The notes under the pieces are model-generated. The model ran no database searches and was not told the DNA's origin. It saw only the letters and a list, made by a program, of their open reading frames with translations. Below, one piece after another: positions 39,031-51,779 of a stretch of 64,000 bases of DNA. The position numbers were made by a program, and so were the translations under genes. The stretch comes from Glaucostegus cemiculus (taxonomy: Eukaryota), in the NCBI GenBank assembly GCA_976551045.1, contig CDPCPM010000076.1, positions 18,228,001 through 18,292,000 of the forward strand. Direction: 5' to 3'. How positions within the stretch are numbered: the stretch's first letter is position 1; every line of letters starts with the position of its first letter.

Positions 39031-40329
39031 TGACAATGGCATTGATTTTGCCAGGAATAGTGAAGTTATTGGTGTTTGCCATGTTACAGAGATTGGAACG
39101 TATACATTTGATTAAGGCAAAAGTTGAAATACCATAAATATATTTAAAAATATAATTTAAAATTCACTTTATATTGAAATAGTTATCTGTGAGCATTACA
39201 ATCAATATGCATGAAATTAGTTTTTTTGGGTCAGAGAACTTGGTAAACAGTAACCATAGTATAGAAAGCATTATAAACTCATGTAGACTTCATAAAACAA
39301 AACACAACCTTTTCAAGGTACTTTACAGCAAGATTAGTATGTAAATATATCATTTTAAGTCAATTTAACTGATTTTTATTCATTCTATTGGAGAAGGCTG
39401 TACAAAGTACAGCAAGAAGACTGAATCACTAGCAGCAATTTCCAGATCTCTGTTTTAAACCATACATGTGCAGAAATCCTAAAGCTGCTGTTATGTGCAC
39501 TGTGTAATATGGCCGAAAGCCAGTATTTCACAAAATGTGCAGCAGATAGAATGGAAGCCATGGTGTCCAAAGAACACCTTTGCTAGACTTCTTAAACTGC
39601 TTTCCCATGAGTAATAATGGTGCTAGTGTGTGTGAATTTTTAGGATTTATAAACAACATCTGAATGAGCCTGAATAAGGTGATGTTATTTTTGTGGTCAT
39701 TAAGTTTAACCTATTTTGCATTGGTTGTATTTAAAGTTGGCTGGTAAAAACATTTGACTTCTTACGGTGTGCAATCTATATTTTCCATACTCCCTACTTT
39801 ACTGTGCTCTAATTCTGTCTCTAGATCCAGTAAGTAATCAACTATGCAAATATTTTATGTAAGACACATATTTCAATATGAATCCCCCTTGAAGATTCTG
39901 TAAAAAGAAATGGCGCCATGATCTGCCTATTTGTGTGAGCCCTCATTTACTTCAGTTTCATGACTTTATTTCTGTTTTCTTTCATGGATGATTGCTTCCC
40001 TTCATTTAATCTCAATTCTTTTGTCCATACTAATTGCCTAAAGTGTAGCATCACTATTTGTCTTGTAACAGAGCATAGCTGTTCTCGGAACAATCCAGAC
40101 AGCTGAATGACTAAGTACTTCAAAAATTTCCTTAAATAGCATCATTACATTGGTAGCGGTGCACAATGTACGTGAGGTGCGTATGTCATGTTCCAAATAT
40201 TTAGTTCACATTCTAAAACTAAGTAAAATGATGTTGTTATTTTAACAAGGATACTGAAAAAATGAGTGTAGTGCTGAACCAGGTTTCAGGTGTTTGAATT
40301 GATCACCATTTGCTTTATCATTTTCGAAT

Positions 40330-40547
40330 GGAGACACAATAGATTGCAAATGTTGGGATCTGGAGCAAAAAACAAACTGCTGGAGGAACTCAGGTCAGGC
40401 AGCATCTGTGGAGGGAAATGAGCAATCAGTGTTTCAGGTCAAGAGTAGAATCTTTACTCTTTCAGTCCACATGAAGAGTCTCGACTGTTCATTTCCCTCC
40501 ATAGGTGCTGCCTGACCTGCTGAGTTGCTCTAGCAGTTTGATTTTTG
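40330..40547. mobile_element. Fold-back Penelope-terminus element with degenerate 16-bp TSD
   Basis: Arms ~40366-40425 and ~40485-40547 are near reverse complements; flanks tttatcattttcgaat (40314-40329) and tttaccattttctaat (40548-40563). Confidence 0.8.
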
Positions 40548-41798
40548 TTTACCATTTTCTAATATTGCTCAGCAGCTGTATGTTTTGAAGCAATTAGAGA
40601 TATTGGATTTCCTTTAAGTCTTTGCTTGGATGTATATCATGCATGGTCTGTAGAAAGTATATAGAGAAAGCCATAAACTCTGCTGACTGTTGAATATAAT
40701 TACCATATTGATGAAATGGAAGATCTTTATTGGATATTGCAGGATTACCTTTAGTTGCATAGATAGCTACATATGCATGGTCAATGGTACCCAATACTTT
40801 GAGAAAGATAGCCCTCTGAAAACAATAGCATTCTTTTTTAAACCCAAGGCGACTAGTTATTACTGAACTTGATGGACTTTTATCGGGAAATTATTTGTAA
40901 GTGATATTTTAATGCACCAGTGAATGGCACACAGTATCTCCTGTAGATGTTTGGAAACTAGGAGTAGCAGAGAATCCAAAGGTAATTGTGACCTCCCTTT
41001 AACTCAAGCATAGTGCCATCAGCTGATTGCCCCTGGAGATTGTTCTTGGTGTACCACTTAAACACAACTCGGTCACAACACCCCTTGTGAATTTGAAGCC
41101 AAACACATAAGATCTCTTTGTGAGATCAAGTTAATTGCTTCTGTTATGCTCCCTGGGCTAGTTCAGAGTTTATATCAAACTAATCAGCTAGAACACAAGC
41201 ATCCCAAGACAGTGAAACACTGAGGTAGCCTTATCAGTTTAAAAAAAATAATTCCACTATTAGCACCTATTATTATTTCAGCCATGTAATTAATTTTAGT
41301 TCAGAATTAGAGCTGATTCCTATCCTACAAATGATAGTGAAAAATGCAAGCTTTTATGTGCAATATAATTAATAATACCTTAACGTTCAAATGTTTGTTT
41401 ACATTTTCATTAGCATTTGTACTCTGTACTGTATTGGAAAATGACAGAAAACTTTAAAGGTAATATTAATGTTATCACCAGACTCTGCTGCTATAGTTTA
41501 CATGGTTTCCCATTTTTAATTTACTACAACATTTTCACCAAATTTAATAACCCAGTGGATAAAATGTTTTATGATATTACTGAGAACAAATTTCTTGTCA
41601 TGGTGTTTAAATGCTGCTGAAGATTTCAAAGGTTTAGCAGTCCAGATTAAAGTCATCGATGTCTTTCAGAAAATTAGAGAAATTGTGTGAGGTTAGGTAG
41701 CTTAGCCCCTATTCCAAGAAACCTGATTGTTGGAGATGAAAAATAATTTGTATAAATGCAAATTTTTGTTGTTAACTGGCTGAACAAACAAATGATTA

Positions 41799-41951
<153 letters not shown>

Positions 41952-42635
41952 TCAGATAAGATTAATTAAATAAGTAAAGTTTCTCAGTAACAAAAAAAGT
42001 CACATTGTTTCTATGGTGACAGCTCAATCCTGTAAGGACTGTTGCCATGAGATATTTCACTATAATTGAATGACATAGGTAAATTCTAATGGGTATTATT
42101 AGTGTAACAATAAATGGGGTTAATTTTATTTTGTGCAGTGGTGTAAAATGGGTGATTGTTAATCACCAGTCCATTTTACATCTCCTGATTTTTACTTGTT
42201 TTGATAACAATAATTTTTATTTGAATTGATGATAATAGGGAAGGCAAGGAGCAAATATAAAGCTGTAAAAACTAAAAAGATGTAAAACATTTGCGTCACA
42301 AAAAGGATGATTAAGATTGTGATGGAGCCCCAAAGGATTAAAAAAAACAACATGAATATTTGGAGACAATAGTGAAATTGCAAGAATGCCAAAAAGAGAG
42401 GCCACTTCAACCTTTTCTGATGCTATGACAGTAGAAATTGACAGAAATATTAAAATAAGAAGAAATGAGAGAGTAGGTAAATTAACTAAATTGAAGAGAA
42501 TGAAACCCATGTCTAGATGGTGTGACTCCCATGAATTCTCTAAGATATTAGTGTGGAAATAGCAGAGACACCAGAATCCATCAATGGAAATGTGTGTCAG
42601 TGTACATGAGACTTAATGTCAGGGATAGGAAAGAT

Positions 42636-42876
42636 TTTGGTTTATTGGTTTATTATTGTCACTTGTACTGACATACAGTGAAAAGCTTGTGTTACAAGCC
42701 GATCGTACAGGTCAATTCATTAAACAGTACAGTTACATTGATGTAGTACAGGTAAAAACAATAACAGTACAGAGTAAAGTGTCACAGCTACAAAGAAAGT
42801 GCAGTGCAATTAGGTGTAAGGTCACAACAAGGTAGATCATGAGGTCATAGTCCATCTCATTGTCTAAAGGAACCGT
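42636..42876 (-). mobile_element. Rex1/L2-type LINE 3' UTR copy with 6-bp TSD (AAAGAT)
   Basis: Reverse complement closely matches 4281-4540; aaagat lies at 42630-42635 and 42877-42882. Confidence 0.9.
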
Positions 42877-43817
42877 AAAGATACTAGAAGCTTTGCTAAA
42901 AGATGAGGTAACAAACATTTAGGGAGAGGGAATGTGATACAAAAGTAGACAGCTCAGATTTCAAAACAGAATATCATAGCCTAATGTTCACTACCCTGAT
43001 CTAGTGTGTGTAGAGGTTTGGGGCAATGGAAAGGCAGTTAAGGTAACAGGTCAATTACCTCACCTCAATCATTTCCCAGTTTCTTCCTCAGTCACAATCT
43101 CTATCTCATTGCAGCACTGACTAAAGTCTCCATCACAGCCTCATCCTCCCACACTATACCAACCACAGCTTCATTCGGCAGCCTCCTCCAATCCCCAACT
43201 GCCTTAATCCCCAGCCCATGCTCATTGATCTGCTCACAGCCTAATCCACAACTCTCTTCTCTCTCTCCCATAGTCATGGCCACGCTTGCAACTGACTTTT
43301 CAAACCTCCCCTATTATAGCACAGTTCACTGCTTCCTTCATATCCTCCCCATTAAAAGGTCCATTAACAACATTCTCCACATCCCCTCTGCTTTCCCTGA
43401 TCACGTTAGCCTCCCTTGCAGTCAATCCCAAATGGAGCACTGCTAACAGCATATACTTCCAAACTTCCTCACATCCCCAATCCCTGCCAAAACACCACAT
43501 TCATGGCTTCATCCACTGGCACTTTCAGCATCCTTCATACCAACCTTCTACCCCCAGCTGATCATTTACAGCTCCTTCCCACACAAATTGCAGTTGTCTT
43601 GAGAAATCTTCTCACTGATAATACTTTGTTGGTCTCTTCTGCCTATTTTGACTTCTGCGCATCTTCCTCACTACCATTATAAATGTGAGGGCCCATGCTT
43701 AAGCACACATCACATTATTTGAGAATGCGGTAGAAACAGTAGACAAGAGGAATGCAACAGAAGTGGTATTAGACTTCTAGAAATCTTCAGTAAGATGCCA
43801 TGGTAACGGCACGTAAG

Positions 43818-44110
43818 ATGGTATGGTAGCATAGTGGTTAGCACAATGCTTTACAGCGCCAGCAACCCGTGTTCAAATCCGGCCACTGTCTGTAAGGAGT
43901 TTGTACATTCTCCCTGTGTCTGTGTGGGTTTCCTCCGGGTGCTCCGGTTTCCTCCCACTTTCCAAAGATGTACAGGTTAGGAAGTTATGGGCAAGCTATG
44001 TTGGCGTCGGAAGCGTGGCGACACTTGCAGGCTGCCCCCCAAAATCACTATGCAAAAGATGTATTTCACTGTGTGTTTCAATGTACATGTGACTAATAAA
44101 GACCTTATCT
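43818..44110 (+). mobile_element. tRNA-derived V-SINE (HE1-like), full length
   Basis: A box tggtagcatagtgg, B box gtgttcaaatcc; same body and tail as 5287-5583. Confidence 0.87.
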
Positions 44111-45879
44111 ATAAAGGGAGTGTTGGTAAAGATTAGGAAAAGCAGAGTCAACAGCCTGTTGTAGAATAGATTGAGAAATGAAGGTGGGAAATGGAAAGCA
44201 GGAGCTACTAAACAGGTTTCATATTTAAAGCAAGTGTGACGTGGTCTCTCACAACGTTTGTACTACTGGTCACCGTGTGTATCAATGATCTAATTTAGAA
44301 CCTGGAGGAACCAGCTAATAATGTTGATGGCAGGACCAAAATACAGAAAAATATAGAGAAAATTAGTGAAGGGAATGAAGCAAGATGCACTAGGAAGGGT
44401 CTTGATGCACATGTGAAGTAAAAGGGAGCAGAGAGTGAGCACAGAGGTAGAAGAGACATAGTAGGAAGACGTTTGGGTGGAGTTGGAGATTAATTGGGAT
44501 GAATGACTTGCTTCTATAGTGTAAATCCTGTGTAATTTAAATCACGAAAAGATGATGGGATATTTTTGACATCAATCCAGGCTACATATGCAGCTAACCA
44601 AGCAGCCAAGCTACCTGTTGGCAGGAGGCCAAATCATTTTCAGATTAAAGCCGACAGGCTATGGAGGCCAAATAGAAACCCTACTGCAGATCAGCAGGTA
44701 TGGTGGGGAGGGCCACAAGTTGTTGGCTCCAGTGCTGAGCTCATTAAAAGATCACTTCTGGGAGAAATGTAGCTGACCTAAGAAAGTGTGATCCTGGATC
44801 AGGAGCAGCTGCTCTATTCTTATGGTTTACAGGGGAGTAATTCTGATCTTCCTGGTATTCTTTCCTTCTGTTACTTCCCCACCAAAAAAAAATGTTTCAA
44901 GTTTCTTTGTCGAAATGCCTCAAATGATCTCTTCAAAGCCATTGGTTAGGCTACTCAGTCTGGTAAATATGGGGAGACTATACCTGTTGCGTAATCAATC
45001 CCAATTGCATTCCAGAATTGCAGTCATGCTACCAACACAGTTTAAGGCCCTTATATGTTTATTTAAATGGGTTCTGGGCCAAAACCTGCTGGCATACGTT
45101 GTTGATTTGACAACTGCACCCAGGTAGATGTTTAAAAGGGTTAAGTTACATAGTGCCCCGATCCTCTCAGCTGCCATTCACTTATCAACAAGGAAATTAA
45201 TAGAAAGCAGTTAGGATTCAGCTGGATATTTTTCATAAATAGATAGATATAATGGTGTGATATAGAATGATTTCTAACTACTGCAGATATATTTTCCTTT
45301 TTCATTCATGATGACAAAAACTTGCCATCAGCATAAAGCAAGAAAATCTTCTAATGTTTGTTTCAATCTCTTTGCTAATATTAATCAATAGGAAGTGATG
45401 TAGGCTTAACTATTAGGCTGTGCACATGTTTGATACACATCAGTGTACAAACATGAGCAACAACATCAACAATGATATCATCTAAGGTCTTGTCCCAAGG
45501 TGCAATCAGAAATTCTCACTGAGCTGAAGAAGTTGATTTCAGGAGAATTTTAAAGGAGGAAAGGGAAGTGGGAGTCGGAGGGATTTAGGTAGCCAAAGGT
45601 GTGGATGGCTTGTGTCAAAGTCTCCAGAAGGTGACATTAATTCAGATTGTTTTGAAGCTGTTGCAGATGCATGTATTTGAAGTGGGAATAGGGACACATG
45701 ATATACATTAATTCTTGTTAAAGGGGAGTCTTTTACTTTGTTTTTTTGTGTTGTGGTTCAATTCATCAGGAAATTTGGATATGGGATCATTTTAAGTTTG
45801 AATTTCAGAATAATTAAGATTTTGGAAAAATGAAGTCTTGTACAAAGAGCATTGTAAAATTTCAAGGGTAAAGTAAAGA

Positions 45880-46240
45880 AACCACTTGCATTTATTTAGG
45901 TCCTTTAACAATTTCAGGATTTGTAGTCACTGCTCTAATGAAGAGAGATGTAGAACCTAATCTCTGTATTCAAAGGTTGCCAAATAGTAATGTGAGTAAA
46001 CCCAGATTAACAGTTTAAATAATATTAGTTGAAGAATAAATACTAGCCATGACACTTGGAGGATTCTACAAGTAGTGCCATGTGATCTTATGCATCCATC
46101 TGATTGATCGATTGTATCTGAGTTTAAAATATCTTTTGAAAGACAACCTATACAATGGGGCAGTACCTCCTACTGTTAGGATAGACCTTGAGCTCCAGTC
46201 TGTGGAGTACAGAATGACCTCAGAGGCAATAGCATAGGTT
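45880..46240 (-). mobile_element. DeuSINE (SacSINE-like) remnant
   Basis: agtgccatgtgatcttatgcatccatctga...gtttaaaatatcttttgaaagac..acaatggggcagtacctcc resembles the reverse-complemented Deu domain; L2-like tail acttgcatttat. Confidence 0.65.
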
Positions 46241-49039
46241 ATTTGAATTAATTAAAATATTACCCCATTGGAAACTTTTATAATAATGTATGCTGTAAAT
46301 CCGTTTAGTGAGGGAGAATAGCAAATGGTTTGGCCCACTGGATTTCTAATGGTTGGTCCTCAAGCTGAGTACTGCAAGGGGAATGGATGCTAATATGGAA
46401 TGTAGTTTGCAAAATCACAAGTCTGGAGTACTCACACTGAGAAGTGCTCCTAATTGGAAATACTCATTGACTGTATCAGCCTTTTGGTCTTTTGAATTCT
46501 AAGTATAAGAGCAAATTAGAAAGGAAGGGATGTGGACCTTTAGGATATCAAACAATGGCAATGAATTGGGAATTTGTTTTTTGGCAACAGTTCCACTTGT
46601 ACTGGGACTATAAAGGTCAAATGGAATGCAAAAAAATGTTTTAAAAGTCTTTAGATACAAGAATATAAGTTGCATCAAAATCATCAGCACCACCAAAGCA
46701 CAATGTATTAATTAATCATCATGAATATAATTGGTAAAATTAGACTTTGGAGTATCATGCTTTTCTGTCTTTTAAATAAATGTTGATATTTCCCCCCCCC
46801 CTTTTTTTTGCTTATTTGAATGCAATTGACTGTAGTTATTGTGGACTGTGCAGGGTCAGGGATGCTTCCATATTATCCACTCTTTTGATTAATCTAAAGT
46901 TGCTTTGTGTTGGTAACTCAGTGGGGGCAGAAAAACTGGATAAAACCCACACTTCCTGACAGGGAAGACTTCACTATTCCACTCTTTTTTCCACTTCATT
47001 GTCAAATTGACAGACTGTTAACCGAACAAACAATACAGTTCATGCAAAGGTCTGACAAATTGTGTTTGCTAAGAAAAGCTGGTTAAATGTTAAACAGTAG
47101 CTTAAATACAAAATTAGCTTTGTAAATCAGCAAGATGATTTTATTTCTAAAGAGAAAATTTCATAATTTCTGTAATGGTGTTGATCTGCAAAGTTAAACT
47201 TGCATTAGGGTGGCAAATTGACACTACCTAAGTGACTTTAATCCTTTGTCAAATAAAACAGCATGGCATTTTTGCCCCAGAATAAAGAGATATACGTATC
47301 AAGCTTTTTTTTATCTTACAAAAACTGTAATGATAATAATCAAAATAGTGCAACTTGTATCAGGGAGTAAGTGCTTGCTGAGTACACAAGATCCAGGCAG
47401 TTTATAAATGTTGCCCAAACTGCTGATTCCCTTACATCCCTCTAACACATTACTCATCTGCAATAACAATGCTTATAATTAATGCCTTAAAATATCTGTA
47501 ATACTCTGCCTACCTGATGCAGCATTTTAATACTATTATAATATTGTTATTTGATTTTAATTTTCAGTTTTCCAAGTTACCGGCTCTTTTGTTGAAGTTT
47601 ATTCATTTCCTCTGCACTATCTTGACCCTCCCTTTTGCATTTTCTCAAAGGGACTGGTTCTTGATGAGATAAAGTCCCTCAAGCCATCTCCCATATGGGC
47701 TTAAGTAATTTAAATAATCAGACTACTTGACCATAGTCGGTAATGCATTTTCACCTGAACCTGTCTTTACCCAGTACATGTTCAGTTTCCAGCGGGAATT
47801 ACTGTTGAATTCAGGAGCAGGATCTCTGCCTAAGCTTTCCCCTATCTTCACAGGGGCAATGATATTAATTATAGCTTTTCAATCATTACCACAAGTGAGA
47901 GCAACAAACTGACTGCAGGCAAATGACTGAATTTCTGACCATTTAAGTCTGAATATTTCATTACCACCTTAGGTAATCAACATACTAACAGAATATTAGG
48001 GGAAAAAATTTATTATCTTTCAATTTTTCTGTTGCTTTGGAAATGTAATATGAGGCTTGTTGCAACAGAATCAGGGATCTGCCAAAGAATTTGACCGATT
48101 CTTTTATTTGTTAAGTGTACACCTATTTTATATAGCAGACATTCAGGAGTAACTGCAAGGAAAGAAATTAAACGAGAAGTTATAACATTAAACAGAAGAC
48201 CAACTTTTGTCTGTACCTCAACAGATCACAACCTTTAATATCTCATTGAGCTCTGACTCAAGTTTATTGGTATCGTAAGGTAGTGGTGCAGTTGGCCTCT
48301 GCCACTCTTCTTGCTAAAGATGCATGTCCTCTTGTTGGACATGACTGAAAACAATGAAATTGTACAAGTATAAATGAAGTATAAACTTGCCAAAACTACA
48401 GGCAATGTTAATGGTATATAAGAATAGGGCAAGGGAGAAGGAATATAATGTGAAGGATGGGTTGAGATAAATATCAGCTACTGGTATTGCTCTTCATCTG
48501 TGAAGATCAAGATCTGATTTCTGCAAGGCCTCTTATGACTTCTATTTGTAATTAACTTTAGTGACCTTGCTTCTGGCATAGAATCTTCTCCACTATTAAT
48601 CTATTTTCTGAATTCTGCTATCCCCTTCAATTGCTTATTATGTGTTAAGTGCCTAAATTCTTTGTATGTTCACTTGCTGCATTTTGTTGCACAAGATAGA
48701 GTTGATGACTAAATCAATCTGATTGGTAGGACTGACTTTAGTGGGAGCATTAATTTCACTTATTATCAATGGGAGCTAGTGGTTACAGAGAAGCAGGGCT
48801 GTGTACAAAATGAAAATGTCGACTCTTTTTGTACAGGATCCATTATATTCCCTGCATGTAACTAGACAAGATGCCAGTTCAGAGATGGGACCATTATAAG
48901 TACAACAATACCTTGCAAATGAAATTATCAAAATGTATATAATCATGCATGAATATCATCCACCCAAGATTTTTGCTCTGTATTATTGCCTGCCCTTGCC
49001 TTAAAGGACTGATTCATGCTGAACTATAGTACCACATTC

Positions 49040-49330
49040 GCAATCAATTACCTTATGCCATTGTCAAGCAGTCTTTCATGGAGATAGTCGTCAGGTTGAT
49101 TTACCACAAGGTCATCACAGCATAGCTGAGCCAGATTCTCCTTTAAGTACTATAAATATTTCAACAGGAATTGTGCTCAGGAAAGGAACATTGGGTTATT
49201 CCATCCCCTCTCTGATTCAGGTGCACTAAAAACCATTATATAGCTAAGATGCTACTTTGATAGTGATCAGCCATCTCAGTATAGACAGGGGATCGAACCT
49301 TGGACCTATACTTAGACTGCTTGGGAATTA
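49040..49330 (-). mobile_element. Old tRNA-headed SINE remnant
   Basis: Reverse B box ggggatcgaacct at ~49288-49300 preceded by a SINE-like body. Confidence 0.4.
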
Positions 49331-49894
49331 TCTGGATTTTGCTTGGAGTCTCCAGTAACTATAAAAGTGAAAGGGGGCTGTTAGCCTCACAATAGGTTGT
49401 ACAATTAGTAATTTGAAGAATTTTGAAAAAAAAATTGACTAATTTTCTTTCTGTGCTTTTCCGAAGCTGCTTGAAGATATTCACTAGAGCTTTCTCAGTA
49501 TATTCAGCAAGTTTATCAAGTATTTAATTGATAAAGATTAAGATCTTAGGCTCAGTTAGATTTCAATGAGGTTATTTTGGTCTTGCTAAAGTTAAGGATG
49601 TGATAACTGGTCTAAGTGGAAATAAGTCATTTGACCAGGGTTACTGGCGATGCCATGTGAGGTCAGGGATGGATACTGTTATGATGGTCCTTATGATAAA
49701 TTGGGGTGGCTGTATTTACTGCCATAGTTCACATATCAAAAGACACACATTAATGCTGGAATAATGTACCAAAGGAACTGTACTACACCAAATAAATACC
49801 ATCTCAAGTCAGCAGGGATCCAGCATAACTGCCAGGAGAGTTATTTTTTCCACAGTTTGCGTTTGTTTTAATTTTTCCACAGTTTCCAAGTTTT

Positions 49895-49990
49895 CTCTTT
49901 TGACAGATGTTGCCTGACCTGCTGAGTGCTTCCAGCATTTTCTGTTTTTATTTCAGATTTTCAGCATTTGTAGTCTTTTTTTGATTTTCA
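49895..49990 (+). repeat. Penelope-like terminal repeat fragment
   Basis: cagatgttgcctgacctgctgagtgcttccagcattttctgtttttatttcagattttcagcatttgtag. Confidence 0.7.
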
Positions 49991-51527
49991 TTAACTGATA
50001 TAAGAACTGAAAGGAAGATACTGGTTTTGAAAGATAGTGTAGTTGCAGCTTTTCTGCCGCCAATACTGAATTTTTCATTCATCATGGACTCAAAGAATGA
50101 TCTCTAAAGTCCAGAAGGTATACAACAATTGTTAAGTAAGGAAGAACTTGCTTTCAAATTAGGACAATGGTTTTACTATATTCCACCAAAGTATTTCAAA
50201 CCTTATTAACCTTGGCCCTTTAATGCAAATGTTAGGTTAAGCATTTAAAAAAGACAAGATTAACATTCTTGACAATAGGAAGGATGGTTTGTGGCTAGAA
50301 ATTGGATTTCATATTTTTTGGTGCATGAGGGCATCATTACATTCGTTGGTGCCAAAATGGATCCCCCAAAATAATAATGAAATTATTTGAGAAGATATGT
50401 GTATCAGCATTGGCATGATTTACAACTCAAGAGATGTGTTGGGAGCAGTGTGATTGTAATGTTGGTTTTGCCACTTTGCAGCATAGCACTCAGAAAAGAT
50501 TGTCAGCAATGGCAGCCAAAGGCCAAAAGCACATAGTTGGCCCTGGATCATGGAGGGCTGTAGGAGAGGGACTCTTCATAATTGTGTATTTCTGTGCCTC
50601 CTCCCCAAAGATTGCCACCCTTCTGACTTTACCCTTCACCCCCTCATCCCCACCCGCACAGTCATACTACCTCCATGATGATCATTAAGCCTATTAGTCA
50701 TAATTTCTAAAAAGCACTTCTTGTTACTTTGAGAACAGATTGTGTACTTTAGAATGTAAGTGAGCAGTCTCTAGTGAGCTTTTGAGCTGTATTTAAATTT
50801 AAATTTAAAAAATATCCATTGTGAGCACAGCCTCTGTTTAACTCTTGAATAAAGAAATAACAATGTGCTCTTTGCTCTCCTGAGACAGTTACATGACAAT
50901 CTTTGTGAACTTTTGAGCTCCAACTTATGCTGATGTCAGTTGAAGCTTCCACTGCATGACTATTGATGTCATTAGTGCACCCTTGACATAGGTAAAACAT
51001 CAGGTCTGCTAACATGGATCATGACCAGTAATGGCCCATCCTATTTCACAAACAGCATGGTTTCACCCGGAAGTGATTGGTAATGTGATTCACTGCAGGT
51101 GAGGTCAATTTTGGATTGTGTAACACTGAAAAAGAGAGTGCTGCACGATCCAATTTTTAATCTAAGCTACCCACTCTAGGCAATAAAAAAGGCAGTTGTG
51201 AGCTGGACAATGATGTTCCAATGAGGTTAATTATCATGATAACATTCTCTTCATCCACCTTTGAACAGTATATGTTTGACTGAGTAACTCCCAGCCAATT
51301 GTTGCCCAGATAATGGGACATGATCCAGTACCCAATTAGGAGGGAAAGAGGTAACATAGCTGAAGGACGTAGGAAACATTATAAAGACGTTGCTTGTAAC
51401 CAGGTTTGATTCAAATTTGGTAGAAGCAAGTTGATCCTTGTAATCAGCTCAGGATAAGGGTATGGAATAAACATAGATTGATGAAGCAACTGAACATAAG
51501 TAACAAGAATCCATAAAAATCTTTTCA

Positions 51528-51779
<252 letters not shown>

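Larger units (their letters stand above)
42330..44540 (+). mobile_element. Fragmented CR1 with nested insertions
   Basis: CR1-like pieces at ~42400-42630, 42880-43000, 43690-43810 and 44110-44540 (tail gatgaatgacttgcttctatagtgtaaatcctgtgtaat), separated by other elements. Confidence 0.55.

Noticed and set aside
42192-42510. Hydrophobic membrane-protein-like ORFs (similar ones at 2693-2950 and 20726-21094)
   Set aside because: These are T-rich antisense readings of A-rich retroelement DNA; compositional artefacts.
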